From a virus (taxonomy: Duplodnaviria > Caudoviricetes): a stretch of DNA of 64,000 nucleotides. Positions 16,796 to 26,693 of the stretch are shown piece by piece (position 1 is the first letter of the stretch; every line of letters starts with the position of its first letter). A program made the position numbers and the translations under genes. The stretch lies in the IMG/VR virus record IMGVR_UViG_3300020371_000002; one strand, written 5' to 3'. A model generated the notes under the pieces. It saw only the letters and a program-made list of their open reading frames with translations. It did no database searches and was not told the DNA's origin.

Positions 16796-16813
16796 ACTAA
16801 ACCTTCATTTGAT

Positions 16814-16850
16814 AAAAAAGGGGAGATACTTCTCTCGAAGCACCTCCCTT
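16814..16850 (-). terminator. Terminator-like hairpin
   Basis: AAGGGGAG...CTCCCTT imperfect stem followed by a U-run in the minus orientation. Confidence 0.6.
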
Positions 16851-16880
16851 ACATAACAAAGATCTAATTATATGTATTAA

Positions 16881-17888
16881 TCAGTCAAGTGCAACGTTCA
16901 GGGTGATCTTAATTTGGTCACCGTTGTTCTGAATGTTGTATGGACCGTTTGTAAATCTCTCAGCGTACATGATGCTGGAGTACAAGGTCGCAGTATTCAG
17001 ACCTGCAACACCATTTGCGGTTGCAGTCAGGGAAGGTGTAGTTACAAACTCGTCTGCGTTAGGTACATCGAATACCGTGTAAACGTTAGATTCAAGAGTT
17101 GTGTTACCTGCACCAGCAGCGACATACAGAATGTCACCTGCTCTAAGACCGTGGTTTGTGGCGGTAATCTTACCGAAACTAAATGTGATCGATGGATCAG
17201 TCTGAGGCTGAATGTTGTCGATAAGTGCCTTATCTAAGTAAACAACGTTCAGAGCTCTGTCAAGTCCAATGATTCTAGTTCCTGTTTGAATACCAGGGTT
17301 ACCTGCAACATACTGACCCAAGGTGAGATCATTCATCGTGATGTTGGCATCTACATTGAAGTAGAAGTTACCAACAACTCCGATACATGGATCGACGTTT
17401 GTACCCTTCGAGACAGTTGTTCCGATACCAACACCAGCAGCATGTTCAACACCCTGTAATGCGACAGGCATGTTGTTTGCTCTGGTCACATAATATCCGT
17501 AGATATTACCAGCAGGACCAGTAAAGGTGAAGGTTTGTTCTGGATAGGTTGCGGTTGTACCACTACCAACGTTCTTAATTACCCAACGAGAACCATTCAG
17601 CAGAATACCATACTGCTGAGTGTAATTCTGATCTGTTCTGTTATCCACGCAATTGGGATAACCTGTATTTGCTGTCGTTCCATAACCATTGGTGTTACCA
17701 TCAATGTATGGCTCGAAATATGCTGTGGTAGACGGTACGTCACCTTCCGCTGGGGTGGTATTACTCGTAAACAGTTTGAGTACGAGGTTTCTTGGTGAAG
17801 TATCCTCTAGGTCTTGCACGAAGTTATTCTGAGCAATCAGATAACGGAGAGACTCAATTTCACCAATATTGGGAACTAGTAATGCCAT
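16881..17888 (-). CDS. Putative virion structural protein, 335 aa
   Basis: Late promoter upstream; beta-rich composition; C-terminal GPYNIQNNGDQIKITLNVALD. Confidence 0.7.
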   Translation of the reverse strand: MALLVPNIGEIESLRYLIAQNNFVQDLEDTSPRNLVLKLFTSNTTPAEGDVPSTTAYFEPYIDGNTNGYGTTANTGYPNCVDNRTDQNYTQQYGILLNGSRWVIKNVGSGTTATYPEQTFTFTGPAGNIYGYYVTRANNMPVALQGVEHAAGVGIGTTVSKGTNVDPCIGVVGNFYFNVDANITMNDLTLGQYVAGNPGIQTGTRIIGLDRALNVVYLDKALIDNIQPQTDPSITFSFGKITATNHGLRAGDILYVAAGAGNTTLESNVYTVFDVPNADEFVTTPSLTATANGVAGLNTATLYSSIMYAERFTNGPYNIQNNGDQIKITLNVALD

Positions 17889-17931
17889 CGAAACAACTCC
17901 TCGTAGGGGTTAGACTTTTAAGAACTAATGT

Positions 17932-17939
17932 TATTTATA
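17932..17939 (-). promoter_or_regulatory. T4 late promoter TATAAATA
   Basis: Exact consensus upstream of 16881..17888. Confidence 0.75.
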
Positions 17940-18612
17940 ATTTTAATTTTAGAGAGATTAGGAATCTTCTAATTCCTGAGACTCCGAACACCTCAAATGT
18001 AAGGATATCACCAGCAACAATTGTCTTATCCCAATTATTTAGTACATCGTCAAAGTATTTGTTTACTCCAGACAGAATTACTCTCGATCCACCTGTGATA
18101 CTAGTGAATGTGGGATAATTTGTATAGTTAGACTTAGAAATCTCAAAAGCTACGTTTCCAGTCTGATCAGACAGAACTGTAATGGATTCGATAACTCCAC
18201 TGACATCTAATGTTACTTTACCTTTGTTGCCCGCAAGCATGTCTGAACTACCACTATCAATTACATAATTGATTGTTCTGGTAAGGTCAGCAGTTGTTGC
18301 AAGTGCAATAACAAAAACGTCATCCGTTTGCAATGGTGCTTGGCTGAAAATGATGTTACTACCTGCAAGAGTAAAATCTTGTGCAGGATTAAGTACACCA
18401 CCATTCTTAACCACTATGAGTTGTTGATCATTAATTGCAGTATACGGAGTGCCATTATCCGTAAGTGCAAAAGTAACTCCAATTCCATTGAATTGACCAC
18501 TAAAGTCATCAATTACAATATTGCCATATTGTATGGCTTTAGTTGGAATTTCGTAATCAACTCCAACCCTATATTCACCTGGGGTATTTACTGATACAAG
18601 ATAATTTGTCAT
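17935..18612 (-). CDS. Putative structural protein, 225 aa
   Basis: Contains a DDFSGQFNG..TFAL...NGGVLNP..DFT..GS.I.F..AP module also seen in the 2492-aa protein. Confidence 0.7.
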   Translation of the reverse strand: MTNYLVSVNTPGEYRVGVDYEIPTKAIQYGNIVIDDFSGQFNGIGVTFALTDNGTPYTAINDQQLIVVKNGGVLNPAQDFTLAGSNIIFSQAPLQTDDVFVIALATTADLTRTINYVIDSGSSDMLAGNKGKVTLDVSGVIESITVLSDQTGNVAFEISKSNYTNYPTFTSITGGSRVILSGVNKYFDDVLNNWDKTIVAGDILTFEVFGVSGIRRFLISLKLKL

Positions 18613-18944
18613 CAGGAAACTCCAGGAACAACAAGAACATTACCCTGAATGGGTTTTGTTTTATATGCATTTGGGGAAGTCAAAACAAGATCATATACAT
18701 ATCTTCCACCCTCAATTGCAGATGTAGCCGTGGACGCAAAGGAAACTTTGCACTGTCCTGCTAATCTGTTTGGAAACGAAATAACAAATGGGTAGTATTT
18801 TGTAGCCCCAGGATGTTTACGCATCTTGGCTTCTGCAGTATATCCAGTAAGATTTAATGCAGATGCGTTCTGGTTTTGAATTGTGAACGTGGCTTCAAAA
18901 TCTACGCCCTGGTCAACCACCAAATTAATAACTCTTGCTGCCAT
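18612..18944 (-). CDS. Small virion structural protein (Ig-like / BppU-N-like)
   Basis: NLVVDQGVDF...NLTGYTAEAKMRK...GRYVYDLVL...QGNVLVVPGVS pattern. A late promoter variant GATAAATA lies at 18969-18976. Confidence 0.65.
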   Translation of the reverse strand: MAARVINLVVDQGVDFEATFTIQNQNASALNLTGYTAEAKMRKHPGATKYYPFVISFPNRLAGQCKVSFASTATSAIEGGRYVYDLVLTSPNAYKTKPIQGNVLVVPGVS

Positions 18945-18967
18945 TATCCATCAGGGTCGGATTTGAA

Positions 18968-19174
18968 CTATTTATCCAATTTTTCTAATATCAACTTCAT
19001 CATATCTTTCAATTCACCAACTTCTTCTTTGAGATTGGTGATTTCCTGTCTATCAGTCAACGCTTTATTCTTCATTCTAATGTATTCGTCATATGCCTTG
19101 TCAGAGTTATTCAGAATCGCATTTGACTCTGAGTCTCTGACAAGTCCCGCATGATCTTTTACCTTAATGTGCAT
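18968..19174 (-). CDS. Small coiled-coil hypothetical protein
   Basis: 68 aa, LVRD..SNAILN, C-terminal heptad pattern; abuts the VrlC-like gene. Confidence 0.65.
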   Translation of the reverse strand: MHIKVKDHAGLVRDSESNAILNNSDKAYDEYIRMKNKALTDRQEITNLKEEVGELKDMMKLILEKLDK

Positions 19175-19175
19175 A

Positions 19176-22100
19176 TCAAATAGAAGCGATGGCTCTCAAG
19201 TCACGAATCTTAGGAACATAAGCGTAATTAGTTCCTGTCATAACAATCTTGATCTGGAATCCAGTGAAAGGAGGAAGGTCCCTTGCATTGAACTCATACT
19301 CACGATAGTCATTCAATCCATTAGAAGCAGTAATTCTTCTATCTGGTAGACCACTATTTTTTGCAATGTCAACTGTTACGCCATTTCCATCAAGATTATC
19401 ATAACCAGGGAAGAGTTCAAACAACTGATACTCAGGAGGAGTATCAGGTCTAAAGATCCTATAAAGAACTCTAATATCATTAGTAGAGTGTCTGTAAGCA
19501 TCAAACATAACCTTAAGACCATCAGCAGCCTTTTCAAGATTAATTGGTTTGGAGAGATAAATCGCTGCGGATGGATCCGAATCAAGAGAATTGACTCTCA
19601 AATCAGTTGAATAATTATCAATCTTACTATTAATTCTATCCATCGTAGTGATCACGTTCACTCGATCCAAGTCAATCATTGGACTTACTTTATTGTCTGC
19701 AGTCGAGAGTGTGAACTCCATTGTGAAGGACTTTCTGCCAGGGAAGTCTTCAAGTCTAGAGAGTTCATTAACTTTAGATGCAATAATTCTTGGAGTTGTG
19801 AAAGGATTATTACTATTAAGAGAAATGGGTTCAAATCCTTGGTCTACAAACGATTGAGCATCACCATCAGGACTGTTGCCTGTAAATGTTCTGACTCTTG
19901 CAGATGCACCTGTTCCTTCTGGTTGAAGAATAGAAACATTTGTTCTCAAAGAGTTGAAAGGAACATTTTGCGTTGCTCTAGGTACATTTTGTGAACCAAC
20001 AATCGAATGCTGAGTATCATAAGATCCAGCAGATTTGGTTTCATTGAAGTACAACTCGGGAAGTGTACCAGAACCAGCAGCACGATTAGTACCTCTACTA
20101 GAAACACCAACTCTAACCCAGTAATGGTCAATATCTAAAGGATAATTTGCAATGTCTGTGGATTCGAAACTGTGTTGGCAATTAATTCTTCGAAGAGATA
20201 CACCATTCAATTCATACTTAAACAGAATATCATTTGGATTGTAATCTCCAGACTTGGTATCATCAATTGCTCTTGAAATTCCAGTGATTGTGGAATTTGT
20301 AGTAGAAACACCAGTATACTTAATAATTTCTTGTCCAAGTTTTACATAACCAGGGTTATTAGCGTCAACTGGATAATTTTCAAATGCGGTAAAGATACCA
20401 ACTGAAGTTACGGCGATATCATCAGTAGAGGCAGAATCAAATGCAGCTGTAATCTTTTCTGGTTTTACATCACTTTCAATACCAAAGAGTTCGACTCTAT
20501 CCAATCCAGAGTACATACCATGGTTAGCATGTTTTACTCGGAAGTGTAAACCATCATTGAGGGTACTTGCAAACTGTACCGTAGCACCGTTCAAAATACT
20601 AGATCCACCAGCACCAACGTAGAAAAGGTTGGAAGAAGCATCAACTTTAGGAGAACCTTGAATATTATCAAGAACCAGTGTATTAAATGCAGTGATGATA
20701 CCTGCATTATTGGGAATGGTCAAAAGTAAACCTTTACCAAATCCACCCGTATCGGAGGAATTTACAGTTAAGACATCACCTGCTGCATATCCAGTACCAC
20801 CGATGGAAACCGTTGCGGCCACTGCAACTCCACCATTAACATGAATCTTTGCCTTTGCACCAGATCCTTGACCAGTTTTGGCAATCAAAGGAACATTAGT
20901 ATAAACAATCGATCCACTAGTAAATCCTGCGCCAACAGAACTCAATACGAGATCACTACCAATACCAACAGAACCCAGTACCTTAGAAAGTTTGGCATTG
21001 AAGTCTTTATTATTTTGTTGTTTGATAGTAATTCCTGGTTGTAAAGCAGTAGTTTCATTGGAAGAGAGACTCTTAGCCATACCAACTACGACATTTCTTG
21101 CAACCATATCAATTGGGTTTCTCCTCAATGCTGCAATCTGTCTATTACCAATATCCAGATCTGGATTATAGAATCTTACATTAGCCTGTGCAGCATTAAA
21201 TTCTGCTCTATACAGAGTGAACTTAAGGTCTTCAAACTGAGATGGATCCCATGTAGCACCGTTTTGTGATTTAAAGAGAGAACCGAGAAGTGGTTGTTGA
21301 GAAACAATAATCTTCTCAGAATCTGGTTTATTCACCGTTGTTACATCTTCTTCACCCATTCTGGAGATGAATACTGTATATTCATTAGATGCTGACAGAA
21401 GAACCAGAGCAAACTCTCCACCACCCTCACAATAAACTGGAGATGGGAACTCAAAGGTTGTTGCCTTTGTGCCATCTTCAGAAAGAACAACTTGATCTGG
21501 ATCAAGAATACACTCACCGAAAGGAAGAATTGTTTGTGTTGGCAAACCAGTTTCCAGTGTTCTTACTTGAAGCGTAACTGGGAGACTCTTAGTATCTTTA
21601 GTTCTGAAGAACACATCACACTTAGTAAGGAAAACACCGTTAACATCTGGAACCTCGAAAGATTCTGCAAGAGGGTCAACCCATCTTGTCTGTTGTGTGG
21701 TTCTCTGACTGAATGTTGTATCAGCAACTAATCTGGTATCGGTTTCAGTAGTTGTTCTGGAATCAGAACGAGGAATTCTCTGGACATCAGCATTTCTCAT
21801 TCTCAAAGTAGATTCCTCTACATTTTGCAGAGTACCCTGAGAGGTGAAGTTCGCTTCTGCGGAACTGTCAGTGAAACCAGAAATAGTTTCATTAGTAGAA
21901 CTCGAAGTAAGAGTAAAGGTTTTTGTACCAGTATCAAACGTTGGAGTAGCAGGTGTAATTGGATCTGGAACAAACAAAGATCCAATCAATACGCCAGCCT
22001 GATCAGTGATCAATCGTACATCTTTAACAGTCGCAATAGCACCACTAGACTGACCAACCAGTTTCATTCCTTTAGCAAGATATCCAAAATATCCTGATGC

Positions 22101-25100
22101 CGACTGGAGTTCTAAAGATGCAGTATCAACGTTTAGAGCGGTTGCAGTAGAAGAATATGTTGCAGATAATCCGTCAGCAGGAGAATATGGGTTAATCTTA
22201 TAAGTTTCGGTTGGAACATTATATGGACCATACTTGTGATTTTGTTGTGCAAGTCTAAATCTAATACTTGCAGATCCTAGAGATCCAGATACAACTTCAC
22301 CAGTACCAAAAGTACCACTGACCATTTCAATTTCAATCAATTTAGGTACAGTGTACTTATTCATATCAACGTTATCGAAGAATGAATAAAGTCTGGTATT
22401 AGGCTTCAATCTTCTAGTAATAAATTCAATATTTCTAGATCTCATTGTAGCAATGACATCTGTAGAAACTACTTTGTCACCCAAACTTGTAGAATCGAAT
22501 CTTTCACCAACTCTAAATTGAATACCTTCTCTACTTTGATTTCTAGTTGTAGTAGTTGTTTGATTTCTAAACGTAGTAGTTCTACTATCAATTGTAGTTG
22601 TTGTGGTAATAGGAATACCACGACCACGAGGAATACCAGGGCCACGGGTGAATTGACCTCTTACAGAGGTACTTCTGGATCCAGTTTGTCTAGTAATGGA
22701 TTCAATAGCAGGACCCTGAGTTGTACTCTGTCCAGTCCAAGTAGTTTCCCAAGCACCCCAATCAATAGGAGACATGCCTGTGTTACTATCTGCTCCAGTG
22801 ATCGCCATCGATGCACTGTAACTACCTTCAATATCATAAGTTCTTGCACTTCTTCTGGTTTCAATCCAAGTATCAGTTGCTGGATTGAGTTCAATTTGTC
22901 CAATCCAGTTTACAACGTGGAATGGATTAACGTTCTCAATTCTTGTTGCAAACTTGTTTTCAATGTAATTAATATGTTCGTAATTCAAACATACAACATC
23001 GCCCTTTCTAATGACATTGTTGTCTCCAAGATCAGTTACGAATCTATAGTCTGCGGATGGATTAGAGGAAGTTGCAGCACCAACAACAACCTCAGAACCA
23101 AGTAATAGGTCAAGAGAAGTTGTATAGTGAGAAGGTCTCAATCTACCCTCTACAGTGTCGATACTTGCCTTAAACTGAACGTTCTGAATATCTCCACCAA
23201 GAACAGACTTAAAGTTGTCTACAAAGAATCCAGACTTAAATCTATTCAAATTGGTCTGAGGATCTCTCAGTTCCATATTTGCAGTATCACTTTCAAGAAG
23301 AGAAAGTGCGGTATAATACTCAACATTCTTCAGTCTCTTTTCAATTCCAGCGATATCCTTCATTCGATATCGTTTATGGGATTGTAAACGAGTTCTTACT
23401 TCATCAGCGTAGTAAATGTATGGGGGAAGAACAATGGTTGCAATCTCCAGAGCATTATCCAAAGTATTAGGAATCTTTGGTGTAAGTGCAGGAACACCTT
23501 TCTGTAAACTAAAGACACCTTCCTTAGTTAAGTAAAGTTTGTCAATTCTACCGACGTAGTAATCATATGAAAGATTTGTGGACTTATCTTTAGCAATGAT
23601 ATGGGTCGAAGATGATGTAAGAGGATCAAAAGTTCTTGCCTCAAACTCAAATGGTGACAAGTTATTTGGACTATATGGAGTTACTCTAGGTCTAAAGTCA
23701 ATAATATCAGATGCAGCCAAACCAGAAACGAATGGTAAGTCATAAGTATATCTGTCGGCATCATAAGAATTGACTACAACAAAATCGCCTGGATCAGATC
23801 CATCAATATAATAATTATTATAAACGACCTTAAGTCTCTTCGTAGGAGCAGAAGCAGATGCTTTTCTTACTAGAGCAGAATAACCAACATACTCTCTTAA
23901 CTGAGCTGGATCAAGTTCAAAGTTATCTTTAATATCCCTGTCGCCTGGTACAACACCTGCAATATTTGCGGAAATATTGGACTCTTTAAACTTGATTAAC
24001 TCATTTGTTGAGAATGGGTTTTCGTTCAGAGGAACATACTCAATTTCATTAGATCCATTGGAACTAACAAATGCTGCAGCAGCACCAGAATCTTGACCAA
24101 TGATTGTCTCACCACGAATGGCATTAAGAACATTTGAATTGAGATTAACCAGAGTCAATTTCGGAAGAGCTGGATCTTGATTCGTTGAAGATTCAAATAC
24201 ACCAATGACATTTGCAACATCAGGAATTCCAAGAGAAATTCTTCTGTCTTGGACTCTAGTGCCATAATTTGCATTGTAAGTAAGTCCATCATCAAGTTTT
24301 TCAACACCACTACCAGATCCATCCTTTGAAGATCCAGAGATTACAGTGATACTAGATCTCTGGAATACTTTTTTCTTAGGTCTAAGATTTATTTTCTTCC
24401 AAGTAACAGTAAGTTTTGCAGCACCATTGGTACTGATATTACTAAGAGAAACTGTTCTACCAGAGACAACTAATTTTTGATCAGTTAATGGTTCAATAGT
24501 TCCATTATCAAAAGCAAGACTGTAATCTTCTTCATCAAATGGTTCCAAAGTAACATTAGGATCTGTCTCTAGAACTTCACTAAATGCACCGCCAGATACT
24601 GTTACAGCATAAGACTTTCGGAATACCAATGATGAACTACTTAAGTCAACATTAGCTACATTTTCTCTTGTAAGATCTGAGAACAGGTATGCATCACCAT
24701 CATTCTTAACTTCAAGAGAAACATTAAAGAAGTCATTAGTCGTAATTTGACTGGATGGCAACGTTCCATCACAAATATCAGTTACATTTGTTGTTGCTTC
24801 AATTACAACATTTTTACTTGCGGTATTAACTGTAGAAACTCTGTTATACGTTGGAACACTATTTCCCGTCTTCGTATATTGAACAATATCTCCAGTCTTG
24901 ATACCAACTGCAAACGATGCATTTGCAGATGTTACCGTACTAACACCACCAGAAGCAGCACTAATTGTATATTGTGTACCAGCAGGTGCGAGAAGTTTAC
25001 CAATATCAAGAATAGGATCTGCAGTAAAAGGAACTCCCGAATTACCTACGATCTGATGAACATCATCAAATCTATAGTCATTTACTTTATCAACAGTTCT

Positions 25101-26687
25101 ATTAATTACTTCCCCATTAACTTTAATTTCTTCACCTACTTGGAACTGACCAGAGACTTGATACAAAATCATTTGATTTGTATCACTCATTGATTGATAT
25201 AAGTAACCAGAAGAATTACTACTTTGTCCTTCGATAAAAGCAGGTCTGGGAAGGATTGTTGTAGTATTCAGATTTAAGTATGTGAATGTTTGAACATCAT
25301 AGAGAGATGCTTCAAATTTTGTAGTTGCATCCTCATACTGAGCATTCTTTAGTTTTAAATCATATACTCTAGCAACACCAATTTTATTTCCTGATGCAGT
25401 TCCAGGTGTTGCTGTTCTTTTGTCATAAAGATGAACCATAGAAGTGGTTCCAAAACCAACTGGAGTCTGTCCGTAAACATTATTCAGTTCAATTTGCCTA
25501 CCAAGAGTGAAAGATAGAGACTCGTTGTTCTGTTTTTCAGTTGATCTACTTTTTGGAAGATCAATATTAGTAGTATTAATAGTTTCTACTTCATAACCTC
25601 TAACATAAGCCTTTCCTGGACTTACGGAAAGAGTGAGAAGATCCTCAGATGGAATAGCTCCACCTTTAGTTTTTTGATTCTCAAAATAAGTACCGTTATT
25701 ACCTTGTCTATCATTGAGAGACTCTCTGGTAGAAAGGGTAAATGGTTTTACATAATAATCTCCAGACTCGTCATATGTTCTCCTTGCCAACTCATCTCTG
25801 ATGAGATTATAGTTTGAGTCTTTTACAAATTTAGAGAGAATTCCATCTTCTACTCTTAAAAGTTCCACAAAGTTCTCATCATCAAAGTCATCAAGAGACT
25901 TTTTAATCAGAGTAGTTGAAATTTTAAATCTATCTGCACCAGGTGCAGCAAAGTTAGAGAATCCCCTTGCGTTGTCGAAGAGATCCGAATTACTCTGAGA
26001 TGCTGTTACTAATTCTTCAGTAATTAATAAACCAACTCTATAACTAGGTTTGTTAGTATACTGATCAAGAATAACAGTTTGTGATGCTACGTTTACAAAG
26101 AAACCACGAATAAAATATACACCATCAGCAACCCTGGCTGCAGAACCAGTTCTAGTGGAGTTTGAGATTGCAGCTGTAGCGAAAGTAGAACCTGCTCTGA
26201 TATTTGAAAGACCAAACGTAACTTCATCAAGTACGATTAAGTTTTCACCATCAGCAAAAGTCTGTCTTGCAAAATCAGTTTCACTAGAACTCTGATACTT
26301 AACGTACAGAGTATAGTTGCCTAGATCAGACGTTGAGTTGGTAATGAAGGTTTCTACCTTTGCAGTAACTCCACTATCCTCACCCTTGATTGTTTTACCA
26401 ACAATCTCAGTAAGATATAGACTGACGGGAAGACCCAAGTGAGTCTCATCAATCATTACAGCAGAAAAGTCAGAATCATATGCGATCTGACCTGGGATTA
26501 CTACTGATCCTTCTTTGAAAAAGTGTTTACCAAACTTCTCAACTTGATTCTGAAGAATCGATTGTAGAGTTGTTAATTCTCTCGCCTGAATAGGGAGTCC
26601 TGGTTTGAATAATACCTTTTGATAATTCTTAGACTCACTAAAATCGTCGAAGTATGGAGACGCATTGAGGTTAGTATTTTGTGGCAT
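19176..26687 (-). CDS. VrlC-like / DUF4815-domain large virion structural protein, 2503 aa
   Basis: N-terminus MPQNTNLNASPYFDDF...KVLFKPG..QARELTTLQSILQNQ; APGADRFKI; LARRTYDESGDY; FKSGFFVDNF; PLAESF; C-terminal VPKIRDLRAIA. Confidence 0.85.
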   Translation of the reverse strand: MPQNTNLNASPYFDDFSESKNYQKVLFKPGLPIQARELTTLQSILQNQVEKFGKHFFKEGSVVIPGQIAYDSDFSAVMIDETHLGLPVSLYLTEIVGKTIKGEDSGVTAKVETFITNSTSDLGNYTLYVKYQSSSETDFARQTFADGENLIVLDEVTFGLSNIRAGSTFATAAISNSTRTGSAARVADGVYFIRGFFVNVASQTVILDQYTNKPSYRVGLLITEELVTASQSNSDLFDNARGFSNFAAPGADRFKISTTLIKKSLDDFDDENFVELLRVEDGILSKFVKDSNYNLIRDELARRTYDESGDYYVKPFTLSTRESLNDRQGNNGTYFENQKTKGGAIPSEDLLTLSVSPGKAYVRGYEVETINTTNIDLPKSRSTEKQNNESLSFTLGRQIELNNVYGQTPVGFGTTSMVHLYDKRTATPGTASGNKIGVARVYDLKLKNAQYEDATTKFEASLYDVQTFTYLNLNTTTILPRPAFIEGQSSNSSGYLYQSMSDTNQMILYQVSGQFQVGEEIKVNGEVINRTVDKVNDYRFDDVHQIVGNSGVPFTADPILDIGKLLAPAGTQYTISAASGGVSTVTSANASFAVGIKTGDIVQYTKTGNSVPTYNRVSTVNTASKNVVIEATTNVTDICDGTLPSSQITTNDFFNVSLEVKNDGDAYLFSDLTRENVANVDLSSSSLVFRKSYAVTVSGGAFSEVLETDPNVTLEPFDEEDYSLAFDNGTIEPLTDQKLVVSGRTVSLSNISTNGAAKLTVTWKKINLRPKKKVFQRSSITVISGSSKDGSGSGVEKLDDGLTYNANYGTRVQDRRISLGIPDVANVIGVFESSTNQDPALPKLTLVNLNSNVLNAIRGETIIGQDSGAAAAFVSSNGSNEIEYVPLNENPFSTNELIKFKESNISANIAGVVPGDRDIKDNFELDPAQLREYVGYSALVRKASASAPTKRLKVVYNNYYIDGSDPGDFVVVNSYDADRYTYDLPFVSGLAASDIIDFRPRVTPYSPNNLSPFEFEARTFDPLTSSSTHIIAKDKSTNLSYDYYVGRIDKLYLTKEGVFSLQKGVPALTPKIPNTLDNALEIATIVLPPYIYYADEVRTRLQSHKRYRMKDIAGIEKRLKNVEYYTALSLLESDTANMELRDPQTNLNRFKSGFFVDNFKSVLGGDIQNVQFKASIDTVEGRLRPSHYTTSLDLLLGSEVVVGAATSSNPSADYRFVTDLGDNNVIRKGDVVCLNYEHINYIENKFATRIENVNPFHVVNWIGQIELNPATDTWIETRRSARTYDIEGSYSASMAITGADSNTGMSPIDWGAWETTWTGQSTTQGPAIESITRQTGSRSTSVRGQFTRGPGIPRGRGIPITTTTTIDSRTTTFRNQTTTTTRNQSREGIQFRVGERFDSTSLGDKVVSTDVIATMRSRNIEFITRRLKPNTRLYSFFDNVDMNKYTVPKLIEIEMVSGTFGTGEVVSGSLGSASIRFRLAQQNHKYGPYNVPTETYKINPYSPADGLSATYSSTATALNVDTASLELQSASGYFGYLAKGMKLVGQSSGAIATVKDVRLITDQAGVLIGSLFVPDPITPATPTFDTGTKTFTLTSSSTNETISGFTDSSAEANFTSQGTLQNVEESTLRMRNADVQRIPRSDSRTTTETDTRLVADTTFSQRTTQQTRWVDPLAESFEVPDVNGVFLTKCDVFFRTKDTKSLPVTLQVRTLETGLPTQTILPFGECILDPDQVVLSEDGTKATTFEFPSPVYCEGGGEFALVLLSASNEYTVFISRMGEEDVTTVNKPDSEKIIVSQQPLLGSLFKSQNGATWDPSQFEDLKFTLYRAEFNAAQANVRFYNPDLDIGNRQIAALRRNPIDMVARNVVVGMAKSLSSNETTALQPGITIKQQNNKDFNAKLSKVLGSVGIGSDLVLSSVGAGFTSGSIVYTNVPLIAKTGQGSGAKAKIHVNGGVAVAATVSIGGTGYAAGDVLTVNSSDTGGFGKGLLLTIPNNAGIITAFNTLVLDNIQGSPKVDASSNLFYVGAGGSSILNGATVQFASTLNDGLHFRVKHANHGMYSGLDRVELFGIESDVKPEKITAAFDSASTDDIAVTSVGIFTAFENYPVDANNPGYVKLGQEIIKYTGVSTTNSTITGISRAIDDTKSGDYNPNDILFKYELNGVSLRRINCQHSFESTDIANYPLDIDHYWVRVGVSSRGTNRAAGSGTLPELYFNETKSAGSYDTQHSIVGSQNVPRATQNVPFNSLRTNVSILQPEGTGASARVRTFTGNSPDGDAQSFVDQGFEPISLNSNNPFTTPRIIASKVNELSRLEDFPGRKSFTMEFTLSTADNKVSPMIDLDRVNVITTMDRINSKIDNYSTDLRVNSLDSDPSAAIYLSKPINLEKAADGLKVMFDAYRHSTNDIRVLYRIFRPDTPPEYQLFELFPGYDNLDGNGVTVDIAKNSGLPDRRITASNGLNDYREYEFNARDLPPFTGFQIKIVMTGTNYAYVPKIRDLRAIASI

Positions 26688-26693
26688 TGTTCT

